64,000 bases of DNA from contig JAUCBJ010001594.1 of assembly GCA_032718475.1 (NCBI GenBank), positions 1 through 64,000 of the forward strand, read 5' to 3'. The stretch's first letter is position 1. Each line of letters starts with the position of its first letter. Of this stretch, positions 63,095 through 64,000 are shown piece after piece. The position numbers and the translations under genes were made by a program. Source of the DNA: Nemertoderma westbladi. Its lineage: Eukaryota > Animalia > Xenacoelomorpha. The notes under the pieces were generated by a model, which was not told where the DNA came from, ran no database searches, and saw only the letters and a program-made list of their open reading frames with translations.

Positions 63095-64000
63095 ATGACT
63101 GAGTTGATAGAAGATGATCTTGGTATCAGGGAGCGATTTACCCTACCACTGCAAGTGTTTGTTGATAGTTTGATAAGCGGCGACGCAAGTCAACACACGA
63201 CGGAAGACAATGGCCATTACATCGAACTGAAAATGTCAAAGGAACAGCTCAAGCGTGAATTGGACTATAGAAAATTCACCGCTCGCTATACGCATCGTAA
63301 TGGTACGTATATGGACTTGTTAACTACTGGTCATCCTATCGATTTACACGATGCGGACGATGTAGACACCGAAAGGGAAATGATTCTATTTAAATATCAT
63401 GCCCAGCAAAGTCGGAATGATAAACTGAGGATTGAACATGAAAATTCTATTAGAAACCGACTCGGAAGAGAAGATGTTGAAGAACCGGAAAAACGTAGTG
63501 ACTTCAACGAATATTTAGAATTCTTGAGAGAAACTTATCTCAATGTAGCTAGTCAACAAAATCTAGAAACTCGATATCCTCAAGGTATACATCATAACCC
63601 TATGATAGAACTCAAACGACTCTATTTTACTATGATGTATCTTACCGCCGATCGACCGCTACCTGTTGTACCGGATAGCTTCGAACAGATGGAGGAATAT
63701 TGTAAAACTGGAGAAAGATCACCAGCGTTTCCCTTACAAGACGTGCGTCTTTGGTATTACTGCGATGAATGCCCTAGACCCAATCAACAAACGGAAAGAC
63801 ATAAACATCCGCGGAGACGTTGCGCTAAACACAGTTTTACTCGCTATACTTATGGGAGTTTTGAGCGAAACTTGTTCGACATATCACCTACACTCGCTCA
63901 ACTCAAACGATCCTTAAATAAACCAATGACCAGAGTTCCGGAATACTCGGTCAGACCTCCTCATTCCCTGGTGCGACCTCAGACTCTTGATCCTAATAGT
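63095..64000 (+). CDS. N-terminal part of the extra ORF of copy A (open for 302 codons to the window edge)
   Basis: Manual translation MTELIEDDLGIRE...QTLDPNS has no stop; homologous to copy B 47122-46216; missing from the ORF track, presumably because it has no stop in the window. Confidence 0.8.
   Translation, partial: MTELIEDDLGIRERFTLPLQVFVDSLISGDASQHTTEDNGHYIELKMSKEQLKRELDYRKFTARYTHRNGTYMDLLTTGHPIDLHDADDVDTEREMILFKYHAQQSRNDKLRIEHENSIRNRLGREDVEEPEKRSDFNEYLEFLRETYLNVASQQNLETRYPQGIHHNPMIELKRLYFTMMYLTADRPLPVVPDSFEQMEEYCKTGERSPAFPLQDVRLWYYCDECPRPNQQTERHKHPRRRCAKHSFTRYTYGSFERNLFDISPTLAQLKRSLNKPMTRVPEYSVRPPHSLVRPQTLDPNS

Larger units (their letters stand above)
34523..64000 (+). mobile_element. 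BEL/Pao LTR retrotransposon copy A (PR-RT-RNaseH deleted; interrupted by copy B and two MITEs; 3' end beyond the window)
   Basis: 5' LTR, leader, gag, integrase remnant that resumes at 59656, 3' spacer and extra ORF are all colinear with copy B. Confidence 0.9.

Overview
Eukaryotic, probably invertebrate-metazoan, AT-rich genomic DNA dominated by repeats. The first half holds four satellite/minisatellite arrays (17, 23, 21 and ~42 bp units) plus a short 37-bp array, an intact GC-rich intronless CDC25 phosphatase ORF (16367-17920), a 5'-truncated Penelope-like element with a minimal hammerhead ribozyme, RTE-LINE fragments, several MITEs/Helitron-like elements and an orphan 387-aa ORF. From 34523 to the end are two copies of one BEL/Pao LTR-retrotransposon family. 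Copy B (42214-59655, minus strand, 17.4 kb, 5-bp TSD AAACG) is nested in the integrase gene of copy A (plus strand, internally deleted, running off the window). This family is the main find, for two reasons. (1) It has no tRNA primer-binding site; the 11 nt just 3' of the 5' LTR are exactly complementary to an 11-mer inside the LTR, and the pair covaries between copies A and B, as expected for Tf1-type self-priming. (2) Downstream of pol it carries a ~1250-codon extra ORF with DEDDy 3'-5' exonuclease-like motifs and three zinc knuckles instead of env. All calls were made by eye; no searches were run.
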